Below are positions 56,112-64,000 of a stretch of 64,000 nucleotides of DNA, one piece after another. The stretch covers positions 62,261 to 126,260 of the IMG/VR virus record IMGVR_UViG_3300017971_000214. One strand, written 5' to 3'. Numbering within the stretch: the stretch's first letter is position 1; every line of letters starts with the position of its first letter. Source of the stretch: a virus. A program made the position numbers and the translations under genes. The notes beneath the pieces were generated by a model. It saw nothing but the letters and a program-made list of their open reading frames with translations. It made no database searches and was not told the DNA's origin.

Positions 56112-56534
56112 ATGAACACTCGCATCAACGCGGTTTTGGAGGACATTCGGACTCAGCTGTCTGAGGAAGAAGGCGAAAGCACGGACGTCACGGCAGCAGG
56201 GCCTGGTGTTCCCGCAGACGTTGGTGGTGACTCGACCGCCGACGCCGAGGCGGGCTCCGGTGGTGCGGTGAACCCGCCCAACGTGAGCGACACCCTCGAT
56301 CTCTACCTTTCGGAGATCGCCGATCTGCTCACCGTCGAGTACGGCAAGGGTGCAGAGGACGCCTTCAAGTTCGTGTTCGACGCCGCCAAGGCGCTGGCTG
56401 ACGAGGGGGCCATTCCGATGATCCCCGAGGACGAGGCCGCGGACGAGGAGATTGCCATCTGGCTCGGCAAGGCCAAGAGCGTTCAGTTCGGTCATCAGGT
56501 GTTGAACAAGGCGCGCGAGATGATGGGCGCGTAG
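56112..56534 (+). CDS. hypothetical acidic protein
   Basis: AGGAAGG RBS; N-terminal VLE and LSE motifs. Confidence 0.6.
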   Translation: MNTRINAVLEDIRTQLSEEEGESTDVTAAGPGVPADVGGDSTADAEAGSGGAVNPPNVSDTLDLYLSEIADLLTVEYGKGAEDAFKFVFDAAKALADEGAIPMIPEDEAADEEIAIWLGKAKSVQFGHQVLNKAREMMGA

Positions 56535-56541
56535 AGGGCCT

Positions 56542-57300
56542 GTGGGAGATCCAAAGATCACACCCCCTTTCTCTGAAGGCGAGCGCGAGGCTTTTCTGCG
56601 CCGCCAACGGGGGCACGACCAGCAAGGCACGGTCGGCATCCGTGACTTCGATCAGGGCCTCATCGAGACGATGGGCGCCTTTGTCGAGGATCAGAGATAC
56701 TGGCTGACCATTCCGGGCATCGACCCTCCGCCCGGACGGCCTGGGGTGTTGGTTACGTTTTCCTTCCCCGAAGCCGAGTTCAAATCCTACGTCCTGCCCC
56801 TGGTGCTCATTCGCCGGGACGACATCTCTCCAGCCATGGAGAGGTGGCACCCCGGCTGTGTCACCTATCGGACGCCACCGGCAGACGCGTTGCCTGTGAA
56901 GCTCCCGGACGATGGGACGATCAACGCGAACAAGGCGGGGCACGATCGAAGGGAGATGGCCTACCAGGCGACGCCTTTCGACATCACCTACACCATCTCT
57001 TGCTTGGCGCACTACCGAGGCGCGCCGGGGCAGCGGGGGCAGGTCCAGTCCGTGTTTCATCACGTGCTTCGGACCTATGGCCCCTATTCGACCGTACTCC
57101 TGCACGACAGCCTAGGAGATCCGAGGGAGTACCACACGTTCACAGAGTCCACGTCCGTTTTGGACGAGCACTCCGAGATAGCTGATCGCATCATCGGGCT
57201 GGCTGTTAGCCTGCGGGTGGAGGCGGAACTCGATCTTTACGAGCCGGGAACCTTCAAGACCGTCACCCAGCCGTTGACCATAAACCTCAGACAACTGTAA
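56542..57300 (+). CDS. tail terminator / sheath stabiliser, gp15-like
   Basis: IRDFD, LP.VLI.R, PFDITYTI; position before the sheath. Confidence 0.6.
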   Translation: MGDPKITPPFSEGEREAFLRRQRGHDQQGTVGIRDFDQGLIETMGAFVEDQRYWLTIPGIDPPPGRPGVLVTFSFPEAEFKSYVLPLVLIRRDDISPAMERWHPGCVTYRTPPADALPVKLPDDGTINANKAGHDRREMAYQATPFDITYTISCLAHYRGAPGQRGQVQSVFHHVLRTYGPYSTVLLHDSLGDPREYHTFTESTSVLDEHSEIADRIIGLAVSLRVEAELDLYEPGTFKTVTQPLTINLRQL

Positions 57301-57312
57301 TGTAGGTGCGTC

Positions 57313-57723
57313 ATGGGCATGTACTACAACCGCGGGCGAGGCAATCTCCCCCTGACCCTCACTGAAGGCCGTTCGATCTCCGTCCCCGGAAACTCTTGGG
57401 TAGAGCTGACCGGTGCGGACGAGACCGTTGCCAGCGTCATGCGCGCCGTCCGCAAGGGACAGCTCCATCGAAAGCCCGAGCGTCCGAAGAAGGCCGCTAA
57501 GGCCGAGCCAGCCCCCAAGGCCCCGGCCCCCGTTCCGGCCAAGGCGCCCGCCAAGGCGCCCGAGAAGATCTCCCCCGTAGCTCCGGCTGCGGTCAAGGAA
57601 GAGGCAAAGACCCCAGCTCCGGTTGGGGAAGAGGCAGCAGCGACCGCGACTGCTGATCCGAAGCCTTCGACAGCGGGCAAGTCCAGTCGTCGTAGCAGGA
57701 AGTCTTCTTCGTCGCTCGACTAG
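57313..57723 (+). CDS. hypothetical protein with an Ala/Pro/Lys-rich tail
   Basis: AGGTG RBS; small gene before the sheath. Confidence 0.6.
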   Translation: MGMYYNRGRGNLPLTLTEGRSISVPGNSWVELTGADETVASVMRAVRKGQLHRKPERPKKAAKAEPAPKAPAPVPAKAPAKAPEKISPVAPAAVKEEAKTPAPVGEEAAATATADPKPSTAGKSSRRSRKSSSSLD

Positions 57724-57766
57724 AAGTTTTCCAGCTGCTCCGAAAAGCCATCTGTAGGAGGTAGTC

Positions 57767-60700
57767 GTGGCTGAGTTTCTAAGCCCAGGCGTATTCATCG
57801 AAGAGGTTCCCTCTTCGACTCAGGTCGTTCAGGCCGTCTCCACATCCAACATGGGGATCGTGGGGTTCACTTCGAAGGGTCCGACAGACGAAGCGACTTT
57901 GGTCACTTCGGTCGATCAGTTCTACAAGAAGTTCGGTGAACTCTCCGCCGAGACTTTCACCGGCCACTGCGTCCTGGCGTTCTTCGCCAACGGCGGTCGG
58001 CGATGCTTCGTCGTTCGTGTCATGCCGAACGACTCGACGGAGGCGGACGTCGACATCACGAGCCGGGTGTACGGTCAGCAGATCAACACCGGTGACGGCT
58101 CGACGACCAACTTCACCGACTCCTCTCCGGGGACGCCGATCGATCTCAAGACCACGATCATCGGCTACAACGGCCCCACGGGCGTCAACCCCGGCATCAT
58201 CATCAAGTGGCGAGCAGCCGGCACGGCGGTCACGACGGAGAACCTGCGCAACCGCGATGACTCTGGCGACGTCACCCAGGTGGGCACCCCCACTCCGGAG
58301 CAGAGCTACGAGTTCCGCGTCGACCCCTCGTCGCTGCCAGCTCTCGCCGAAGGCGACTACAAGCAGTACGTCATCGACCCCTCCGCGAACTTCGTGCTGA
58401 ACTTCGATCCGGACGGCGCGACTCCTTCGACCATCACCGTGGCCACCCCGACGTCGGGGACTGTGGGAACCACGACGACGGCAGCAGGCTCTGTGTGCTC
58501 GTTCGACTTCGCCACAGGCAAGGGTTCGGTGCGCTTCGCCGGCTCCGAGGCGATCGTGGCTGGTGGTCACGGCACCACGCTGACCGCGGACTACACGCCG
58601 ACCACCACCACGTATGCCATCCGTGACGATGGTTCGGGCAACCTAGTCGACTCTGTTGCGGGGTCGATCGACAGCGGTGGGACGAACACCATCGACTACA
58701 ACACGGGTGAGTACGACTTCACGACGGCTACCGCCTACCTCCCCCATGACGACGCCCCCATCCTGACGTACTACGACTACTCGGCGTGGGACATGGACCC
58801 CGTGTCGAACGGCGTGTGGGCCAACAACGTCCAGATCGAGGTCCGCGGCAACGCCGACTACTTCGACGCTGCGACGCAGTCCTACTCGCGGCACGACGTG
58901 TTCGTGCGGGAGTACAACAGCGCCTCTGGGTCCTACGACATCGTCGAGTCCTACGACTCGCTCGACTTCACCGACTCGTCGTCGACCGAGTACTTCCCGG
59001 ATGTGGTCAACGAGCTGTCGGACCTCGTGTCCGTCGAGACCCCTGGTGGCGACGTCTACCCCGGTTCCTTGGACGGCTTCCTGTCCACGGTGATCATGGG
59101 CGGAGGAGACGAGGACAACACGACGGGCAACTCGACGTTCGCTTCGGCGGCTGACCAGATCTTGCCGACGTTCTTGGGCAACTACGAGGTTGGCGCGCGC
59201 TCCGTGAACATCACGGGCACGGCGGCAGGCACTTCGGCGTCGGGCACGATCGTATCTGTCGCTCAGGCCAACTACGTGGATGGCGAGCAGTTCGTTCTCA
59301 ACGACGGTGTGAACCCTCCGGTGACTTTCTGGATCGACCAGACCGGAACGTACACTCCGGGCGGTGGCTACGACGCCACCAACATCCACGTGGATGTCTC
59401 GGGCGATACCTCTGCCACCGACACGGCAGACACCATCGTGGCGGCCATCAACGGCGTGTCCGCGCTGCTCATCTACGCCGACAACACCGGAGGCACCTCG
59501 GCCACGGTCGACCTGATCCACCTGCAGCAGCTCGCCGCAGGCAATCAGACGATCACCGATACCGTGGCGGACGTGGGATTCACCACCACCGGTATGGCTG
59601 GTGGCGCGGATGCAGCGGCCATCGCCATCTCCGACGATGGCAACGGCAACCTGACAGGCTCTGTCGACCCGACCTACGCCACGTCGGTAACGGTTGGCGG
59701 GGTGACGCTCGACCCGAACACCGTGGACTACGCTACGGGCTACGTGAACTTCAAGACCGTGTCGCCCATTCAGGGTGGGTCGGTTCTCACGGCGGCCTAC
59801 TACGTCGAGCCGGAGGAGAGCACGCACATCGAGCAGTTCGGCGACACCACCAAGCAGTTCACCGACTCGCTCGCAGTCGTGCACTACGCGGCGGGCACGG
59901 ACGGCACCTTCACCGGGTCCACCTACACGCGAGGCGAGTTCACCAACCCGACGTTGCAGGCTTCCAAGCGAGGCGTGTACGCGTTCGACGAGGTGGACGA
60001 GCTGTTGCAGGTCGTCATCCCCGACTTCGCCGGGGACGTGACGGTGACCGGAGACCTTCTCGACTACGCAGCTTCCCGAGCGAACCTGCCATCGGGTGGC
60101 GACCGCTTCATCATCCTGACGGTCCCGCTGGGCTCCGACCCGCAGGAAGCGGTGGACTGGTTCCGCTTCGACCTCGGGCGCTTCTCCAAGTGGGCGGCCC
60201 TTTACTGGCCGTGGATCAACGTGGCCGACCCCCTCGCCAACGGTCGCACGCTGACGATGCCCCCGATGGGTCACATCGCCGGCATCTACGCCCGGACCGA
60301 CAACAACAAGAGCGTGGGCAAGGCACCGGCCGGAACGGTCGACGGTGCGCTCAACTGGCTCACGGGGCTGGAGTACGTCGCGACTCAGGGCGAGCGCGAC
60401 TTCGTGTACCCCAACAAGATCAACCCGCTCATCTCGTCGCCGCAGACGGGGCTCGCTGTGTGGGGTGCTCGCACCATCGCGCAGGAGAGCGAGTGGCGGT
60501 ACGTGCATGCCCGTCGCCTCTTCATGTTCATGGAGAAGTCGATCTACAACAGCACGGCCTGGATTGTGTTCGAGAACAACGGCGAAGCGCTGTGGGCTCG
60601 AATCAAGGGCCAGATTGACGGCTTCATGAACGGGCTTTTCAACTCGGGCTTGTTCTTCGGGAACAGCCCACAGGAAGCGTACTTCGTCATCGTGGACTCC

Positions 60701-60820
60701 TCGAACAACGACGCGTCTTCCATCGAGGCCGGACAGGTCATCATCGACGTTGGGGCCGCTCCGAACCGCCCGGCAGAGTTCGTGCGGTTCAGGTTCCAGC
60801 AAGCCACGATCGCTGCCTGA
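57767..60820 (+). CDS. contractile tail sheath protein (gp18-like) with large insertion domains
   Basis: LSPGVFIEE, FFANGG, ALYWPW, KAPAG, VWGARTI, VFENN, P.RPAEFV.FRF. Confidence 0.95.
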   Translation: MAEFLSPGVFIEEVPSSTQVVQAVSTSNMGIVGFTSKGPTDEATLVTSVDQFYKKFGELSAETFTGHCVLAFFANGGRRCFVVRVMPNDSTEADVDITSRVYGQQINTGDGSTTNFTDSSPGTPIDLKTTIIGYNGPTGVNPGIIIKWRAAGTAVTTENLRNRDDSGDVTQVGTPTPEQSYEFRVDPSSLPALAEGDYKQYVIDPSANFVLNFDPDGATPSTITVATPTSGTVGTTTTAAGSVCSFDFATGKGSVRFAGSEAIVAGGHGTTLTADYTPTTTTYAIRDDGSGNLVDSVAGSIDSGGTNTIDYNTGEYDFTTATAYLPHDDAPILTYYDYSAWDMDPVSNGVWANNVQIEVRGNADYFDAATQSYSRHDVFVREYNSASGSYDIVESYDSLDFTDSSSTEYFPDVVNELSDLVSVETPGGDVYPGSLDGFLSTVIMGGGDEDNTTGNSTFASAADQILPTFLGNYEVGARSVNITGTAAGTSASGTIVSVAQANYVDGEQFVLNDGVNPPVTFWIDQTGTYTPGGGYDATNIHVDVSGDTSATDTADTIVAAINGVSALLIYADNTGGTSATVDLIHLQQLAAGNQTITDTVADVGFTTTGMAGGADAAAIAISDDGNGNLTGSVDPTYATSVTVGGVTLDPNTVDYATGYVNFKTVSPIQGGSVLTAAYYVEPEESTHIEQFGDTTKQFTDSLAVVHYAAGTDGTFTGSTYTRGEFTNPTLQASKRGVYAFDEVDELLQVVIPDFAGDVTVTGDLLDYAASRANLPSGGDRFIILTVPLGSDPQEAVDWFRFDLGRFSKWAALYWPWINVADPLANGRTLTMPPMGHIAGIYARTDNNKSVGKAPAGTVDGALNWLTGLEYVATQGERDFVYPNKINPLISSPQTGLAVWGARTIAQESEWRYVHARRLFMFMEKSIYNSTAWIVFENNGEALWARIKGQIDGFMNGLFNSGLFFGNSPQEAYFVIVDSSNNDASSIEAGQVIIDVGAAPNRPAEFVRFRFQQATIAA

Positions 60821-60858
60821 TCGGAAGTTTTCAGCCAGCTACCCCTTAGGAGATAGTC

Positions 60859-61221
60859 ATGCAGGTCACATTCACGAATGCCAGTGCCGACGAGATCTTC
60901 GTCTCGGCGCTCTACGCTCAGTTGGCTGCCGGAGCTTCGGTGACGGCGAGTCGGACTCCCGCACAGATGGACGACCAGGGTCTGAAGGCTCTGATCGAGG
61001 CGGGAACTCTCACGGTGTCCGTCGCCTTGGAGACCGGGGACACGGTTCAGATCCAGAACTTGGATCCGGACGTGTACTGGTACGTGCCGGTGCACACCGA
61101 TGCGAACCGGCCGCTTCCCACCGCGGTGACGCCGGGCACGGTCATCTGGAACTCGGACGACGGGTTCTCGAACTACAGCGACGGCACCGACTGGTACGAC
61201 CCGACTGGCGCTACCACCTGA
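60859..61221 (+). CDS. putative virion decoration/fibre-like protein
   Basis: AGGAG RBS; RP....PGTVIWNSD....YSDGTDWYD motif seen in fibre proteins. Confidence 0.6.
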   Translation: MQVTFTNASADEIFVSALYAQLAAGASVTASRTPAQMDDQGLKALIEAGTLTVSVALETGDTVQIQNLDPDVYWYVPVHTDANRPLPTAVTPGTVIWNSDDGFSNYSDGTDWYDPTGATT

Positions 61222-61240
61222 TCTTTGGTGGCTGGTTGAG

Positions 61241-61276
61241 CGCGGCCCCCGCTTCGATGGTGAGGTGGGGGCCGTG
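61241..61276 (+). terminator. GC-rich intergenic hairpin without a U tract
   Basis: CGCGGCCCCCGCTTC / GAGGTGGGGGCCGTG. Confidence 0.5.
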
Positions 61277-61314
61277 GCTGGACGTCGGCTAGGATAACGG
61301 ACGAAGGAGACATC

Positions 61315-61926
61315 ATGGCAACGCTGGAGATCACCAACACCTCTTCGGACGAGGTCTACCTCGCAGACCTCTACACGAAGATCGCCGTAGGGGCGACCAA
61401 GACCATCGAGCGTTCTGCGACCGACTTGCCTCGCATGCGGTCGCTCCAAGAAGCGATGGCAGACGGCAGGGTTTCCCTGTCGGTCACGTACAGCAACGAC
61501 GAGGTGGCGTCTGGGCTTCATGCCCCGCCGTCGACCATCGAGGCTGTGGACATTGCGCCTGTGGCGGCGGCTACCCCAGCGGCTGGCCTCGCCACGATCT
61601 ACGTCCCCCTTCCTGTGGGGGCCGGGGGTGCGCCGGACGACGTGGAGATCTACCCCGCCGGCTCGCTCCCCTTCAAGTTCCGCGTCGTGGATTTCGTCTT
61701 GTACGTCTCCACGGCCGTAGTGGGCTCTTCGGTGGAGATCAGGGACGAGGCTGCTGGCGCCGGAGCCCAGCTCGCGTCTGCGAGTGCTGCGGCGGCAGGC
61801 CGGATCCCCAACGCCGAAAATCAGACGGCTGTTGCCACACCGGCGGCTGCGAAGGGCCTATTCGCACGTCGATCTGACTCAGGGATCGAGGGAGAGGTCG
61901 TTCTTTTCGTCCGTCCTGAGCTGTAG
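61315..61926 (+). CDS. putative virion protein, N-terminal domain similar to 60859-61221
   Basis: AAGGAG RBS; shared TN.S.DE....LY......GA.....R motif. Confidence 0.6.
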   Translation: MATLEITNTSSDEVYLADLYTKIAVGATKTIERSATDLPRMRSLQEAMADGRVSLSVTYSNDEVASGLHAPPSTIEAVDIAPVAAATPAAGLATIYVPLPVGAGGAPDDVEIYPAGSLPFKFRVVDFVLYVSTAVVGSSVEIRDEAAGAGAQLASASAAAAGRIPNAENQTAVATPAAAKGLFARRSDSGIEGEVVLFVRPEL

Positions 61927-61967
61927 TACGCTACCGGTGAGGTAACAGCCCGAAGGAGAGTTTTCCA

Positions 61968-62531
61968 ATGGCCCGTCCCGCAAGCACTGACTTCATGCAC
62001 GCGATGCGCTTCCACGTCGTGGTTCTCGGCACGAACGCCGAGGAGTACCTGACGGGCGGAGCCGCTTACGCTGACCCGAACATGGCGATCCCGCAAGCGG
62101 GCTTCACCACGTGTTCGATCCCCGAGCTGTCGATCGAGTCGGTGGAGTACAAGGAAGGCACCTTCATCTACCCCCGTAAGTACCCCGGCAACCCGGCGGT
62201 GAGCGACTGCTCCTTCGCGCGAGGCGTGACTCGGGACGACAGCTCGTTCTGGCAGTGGGCGAAGAACTCCGTGGAGGGTTCGGGTGGCGGTGTCGAGTAT
62301 CGCTTGGACATGGACATCAAGCACTACCACCGCGACCAGATCCTCCCGAACGCGCAGGGCCAGATCGCCAACGTCGAGAATGTCGTTCCCGGACGGACCT
62401 ACCGCATCTACGAGTGCTTCCCCATCCGGTGCAAGCCGGCCGGAGACCTCGATGCGACTTCGTCCGAGATCTCCATCCAGGAGATGGACGTCGCCGTCGA
62501 GCGCATCGACGCCACGAACGGCAACTTCTAG
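61968..62531 (+). CDS. tail tube protein, T4 gp19-like
   Basis: AGF..CS.PE, EYKEG, KYPG, RGV, DLDATSSEISI. Confidence 0.92.
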   Translation: MARPASTDFMHAMRFHVVVLGTNAEEYLTGGAAYADPNMAIPQAGFTTCSIPELSIESVEYKEGTFIYPRKYPGNPAVSDCSFARGVTRDDSSFWQWAKNSVEGSGGGVEYRLDMDIKHYHRDQILPNAQGQIANVENVVPGRTYRIYECFPIRCKPAGDLDATSSEISIQEMDVAVERIDATNGNF

Positions 62532-62536
62532 GCGGC

Positions 62537-62785
62537 GTGAAGCTGCCCATCATCGAGCCGTTGCAAGGGCCAGTCAACGGCTCGAATCTCCTCTTCCGCA
62601 CTAGCGTCGACTACGTGCCCGGCTCCACCCGCGTGTTTCTCAACGGGGTGGTCTGGACACAGCACCTGGAGAACGGCTGGGACGAGCTGGGAGGCCGGAC
62701 CCTCCGGATGAAAGAGGCTCCCCGAGCGGAGCCTCCCCCCAGCAACCCGGACGTGCTCTCGGTCTACTACCTTCCTTTGGTCTGA
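62537..62785 (+). CDS. small putative virion protein
   Basis: G.VNGSN..F, YVPGSTRVFLNG motif; GTG start. Confidence 0.55.
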   Translation: MKLPIIEPLQGPVNGSNLLFRTSVDYVPGSTRVFLNGVVWTQHLENGWDELGGRTLRMKEAPRAEPPPSNPDVLSVYYLPLV

Positions 62786-63150
62786 TGGCGGCGTTCGACC
62801 CCCACCCGGACACCTACCTCCCTCGTAATCCGTGGGAGACCGGGACCGTCTGGTACACGAATGTGACCCCCCAGACGCTCTCCCTAGACTGTTGGGCTAC
62901 GGGTTCGAACTACCCTCCCCCGCGGCCGAGCCCGCAGGAGCCCCAGGAGAGCCCCCGAGCTGCCGAGCTGCGGAGACATAGGGCGGCGTCAAGACGGGCC
63001 GTTCTGGAGGCCCTGGCGGCCCGCAGAGGGCTTCGTGACGATCCCTCCCCTCTGGTGCCCCTTCCGGCGAGGAAGGGCTTCAGCGGGCGCCCAGCGGCCC
63101 GCAAACGGGTCTGCGCCGGCTCCAGCCGCTACCGCGTTCTGGTCAACTGA
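62785..63150 (+). CDS. hypothetical protein
   Basis: TGATG coupling; low-complexity Arg/Pro-rich tail. Confidence 0.4.
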   Translation: MAAFDPHPDTYLPRNPWETGTVWYTNVTPQTLSLDCWATGSNYPPPRPSPQEPQESPRAAELRRHRAASRRAVLEALAARRGLRDDPSPLVPLPARKGFSGRPAARKRVCAGSSRYRVLVN

Positions 63151-63197
63151 GCTGTTGACAGATCGGTCGTGGATGAAGACCCTGGACGGTCTGATCC

Positions 63198-63551
63198 ATG
63201 AACCTCCGTGTCCTATCCACCACGCCGCCGTTCGGCACCCCGCGCATGGGCTTCAGGCTGTGCTGGGAGGGGTGCCCCTGCCAGGAGACGGGGCAGTGGA
63301 TGTGGCCCTCCGAGGTCTGCGGCGACTCGCTTCACCCCGACGTCGCGTCCTTCATCGCCGTCCACGTCATCGAGCGATGGGCAAAAATGGGAGTGCGGTT
63401 TGTAGACCTATCCCTTCGGAAGCCCAAGCCTTCTCTCCACGGCGCCCCCCTGCTCGAAAGATTCGTGGTTGCACGAGCCCTCACTCATGCGATACGTAGG
63501 GGTGAGAGGTACGACCGACACGAGGTTGAGGCGTCAGAGATTTTCGCTTGA
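63198..63551 (+). CDS. hypothetical protein
   Basis: fills the gap up to the promoter. Confidence 0.45.
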   Translation: MNLRVLSTTPPFGTPRMGFRLCWEGCPCQETGQWMWPSEVCGDSLHPDVASFIAVHVIERWAKMGVRFVDLSLRKPKPSLHGAPLLERFVVARALTHAIRRGERYDRHEVEASEIFA

Positions 63552-63575
63552 CACTTTTTCCCTATGTGATAAGGT
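63548..63575 (+). promoter_or_regulatory. sigma70-type promoter of the tRNA region
   Basis: TTGACA-N16-TAAGGT with TGn extension. Confidence 0.65.
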
Positions 63576-63587
63576 CGTGATCTAGCC

Positions 63588-63782
63588 ATGACGTTCGTAC
63601 ACAGGCATACCACAGCAGCTCGCGCGGCGCGGAAAGCGTCGGCGCTGTGGTGTGCTCTGTTTTCAGGCATGGGCTATCGCGGACAAGGCACGCCAGAAGC
63701 TATCCAGCTCCAGCCGACCTCCCTCGATAGCACCCTGAATGCCATCGTGAAGCCCTTGGAGGTCGGCGACACAGGCGGTTAG
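63588..63782 (+). CDS. putative 64-aa leader peptide of an attenuator
   Basis: starts 13 nt after the -10, is heavily base-paired, ends TAG TAG on the antiterminator strand. Confidence 0.5.
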   Translation: MTFVHRHTTAARAARKASALWCALFSGMGYRGQGTPEAIQLQPTSLDSTLNAIVKPLEVGDTGG

Positions 63783-63798
63783 TAGGAACGGGAACTCC

Positions 63799-63845
63799 AA
63801 CGATCCGAAAGCCGCCTGGGAAACCTGGTGGCTTTCGTCGTTTCT
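63799..63845 (+). terminator. attenuator terminator hairpin upstream of the tRNA
   Basis: CGAAAGCCGCC-TGGGAAACCT-GGTGGCTTTCG then TCGTTTCT. Confidence 0.7.
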
Positions 63846-63940
63846 GGGTTTGAGATTCGAGGAGACAAGACGATGCATGACGGAAGGAAGGGCAGGAAGG
63901 GCTATCCCGCAGCGCACGCGCGCACCCGAACCCATCTACG

Positions 63941-64000
63941 GGGGTGCTGGCACGCTGGAGAGTCCACCTGATTGTAAATCAGACGCCTTAGGCTATGGCG
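63941..64000 (+). tRNA. tRNA-Tyr(GTA), 3' end cut off by the window edge
   Basis: acceptor 5' strand GGGGTGC, D-loop TGG, anticodon arm CTGA-TTGTAAA-TCAG, long variable arm GCC-TTA-GGC as in class II tRNAs. Confidence 0.75.

Noticed and set aside
58643-60802. 719-aa minus-strand ORF, and the other long minus-strand ORFs
   Set aside because: They mirror well-supported plus-strand genes; I found no credible minus-strand gene in the window
63155-63190. TTGACA at 63155 as a promoter
   Set aside because: No recognisable -10 at 16-18 nt spacing
63600-63900. SRP RNA, tmRNA or T-box identity for the structured region
   Set aside because: No SRP helix-8 context, no tRNA-like ends and no TGGNACC T-box motif seen
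1-64000. Alternative genetic code or self-splicing introns
   Set aside because: Core genes are intact under the standard code and end in TAG, TGA and TAA; all interruptions are in-frame inteins

Overview
The window is a 64 kb, GC-rich segment of a large tailed dsDNA phage with a contractile tail. All credible genes are on the + strand. Gene order: MoxR/CbbQ ATPase (truncated) plus VWA partner; small accessory genes; nucleotide metabolism (ThyX, dNMP kinase, MazG); a replication module (HTH initiator carrying internal iterons, DnaC-like loader, DnaB, primase, SSB, SF2 helicase); a recombination module (RecA, Hjc-like and Cas4-like nucleases, RuvC, second SSB, ParB-like); a 2244-aa repeat/kinase/ART-like protein; family A DNA polymerase; VanW; HNH; terminase; a T4-like head, neck and tail module (gp20, gp21/22, gp23, gp13/14/15, gp18, gp19-like); and the start of a tRNA region. 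There are four inteins (DnaB, RecA, two in TerL). The most notable unexplained signals are: (1) two identical, correctly phased C_CCT_TTC -1 slippery sites that could link the acidic core gene, a start-less reading frame and the prohead protease; (2) a leader-peptide attenuator in front of the tRNA region; (3) a pseudoknotted, RBS-sequestering RNA leader in front of the replication initiator; (4) a probably capsid-packaged kinase plus ADP-ribosyltransferase-like giant protein. All calls come from reading motifs by eye; no database search or folding program was run.
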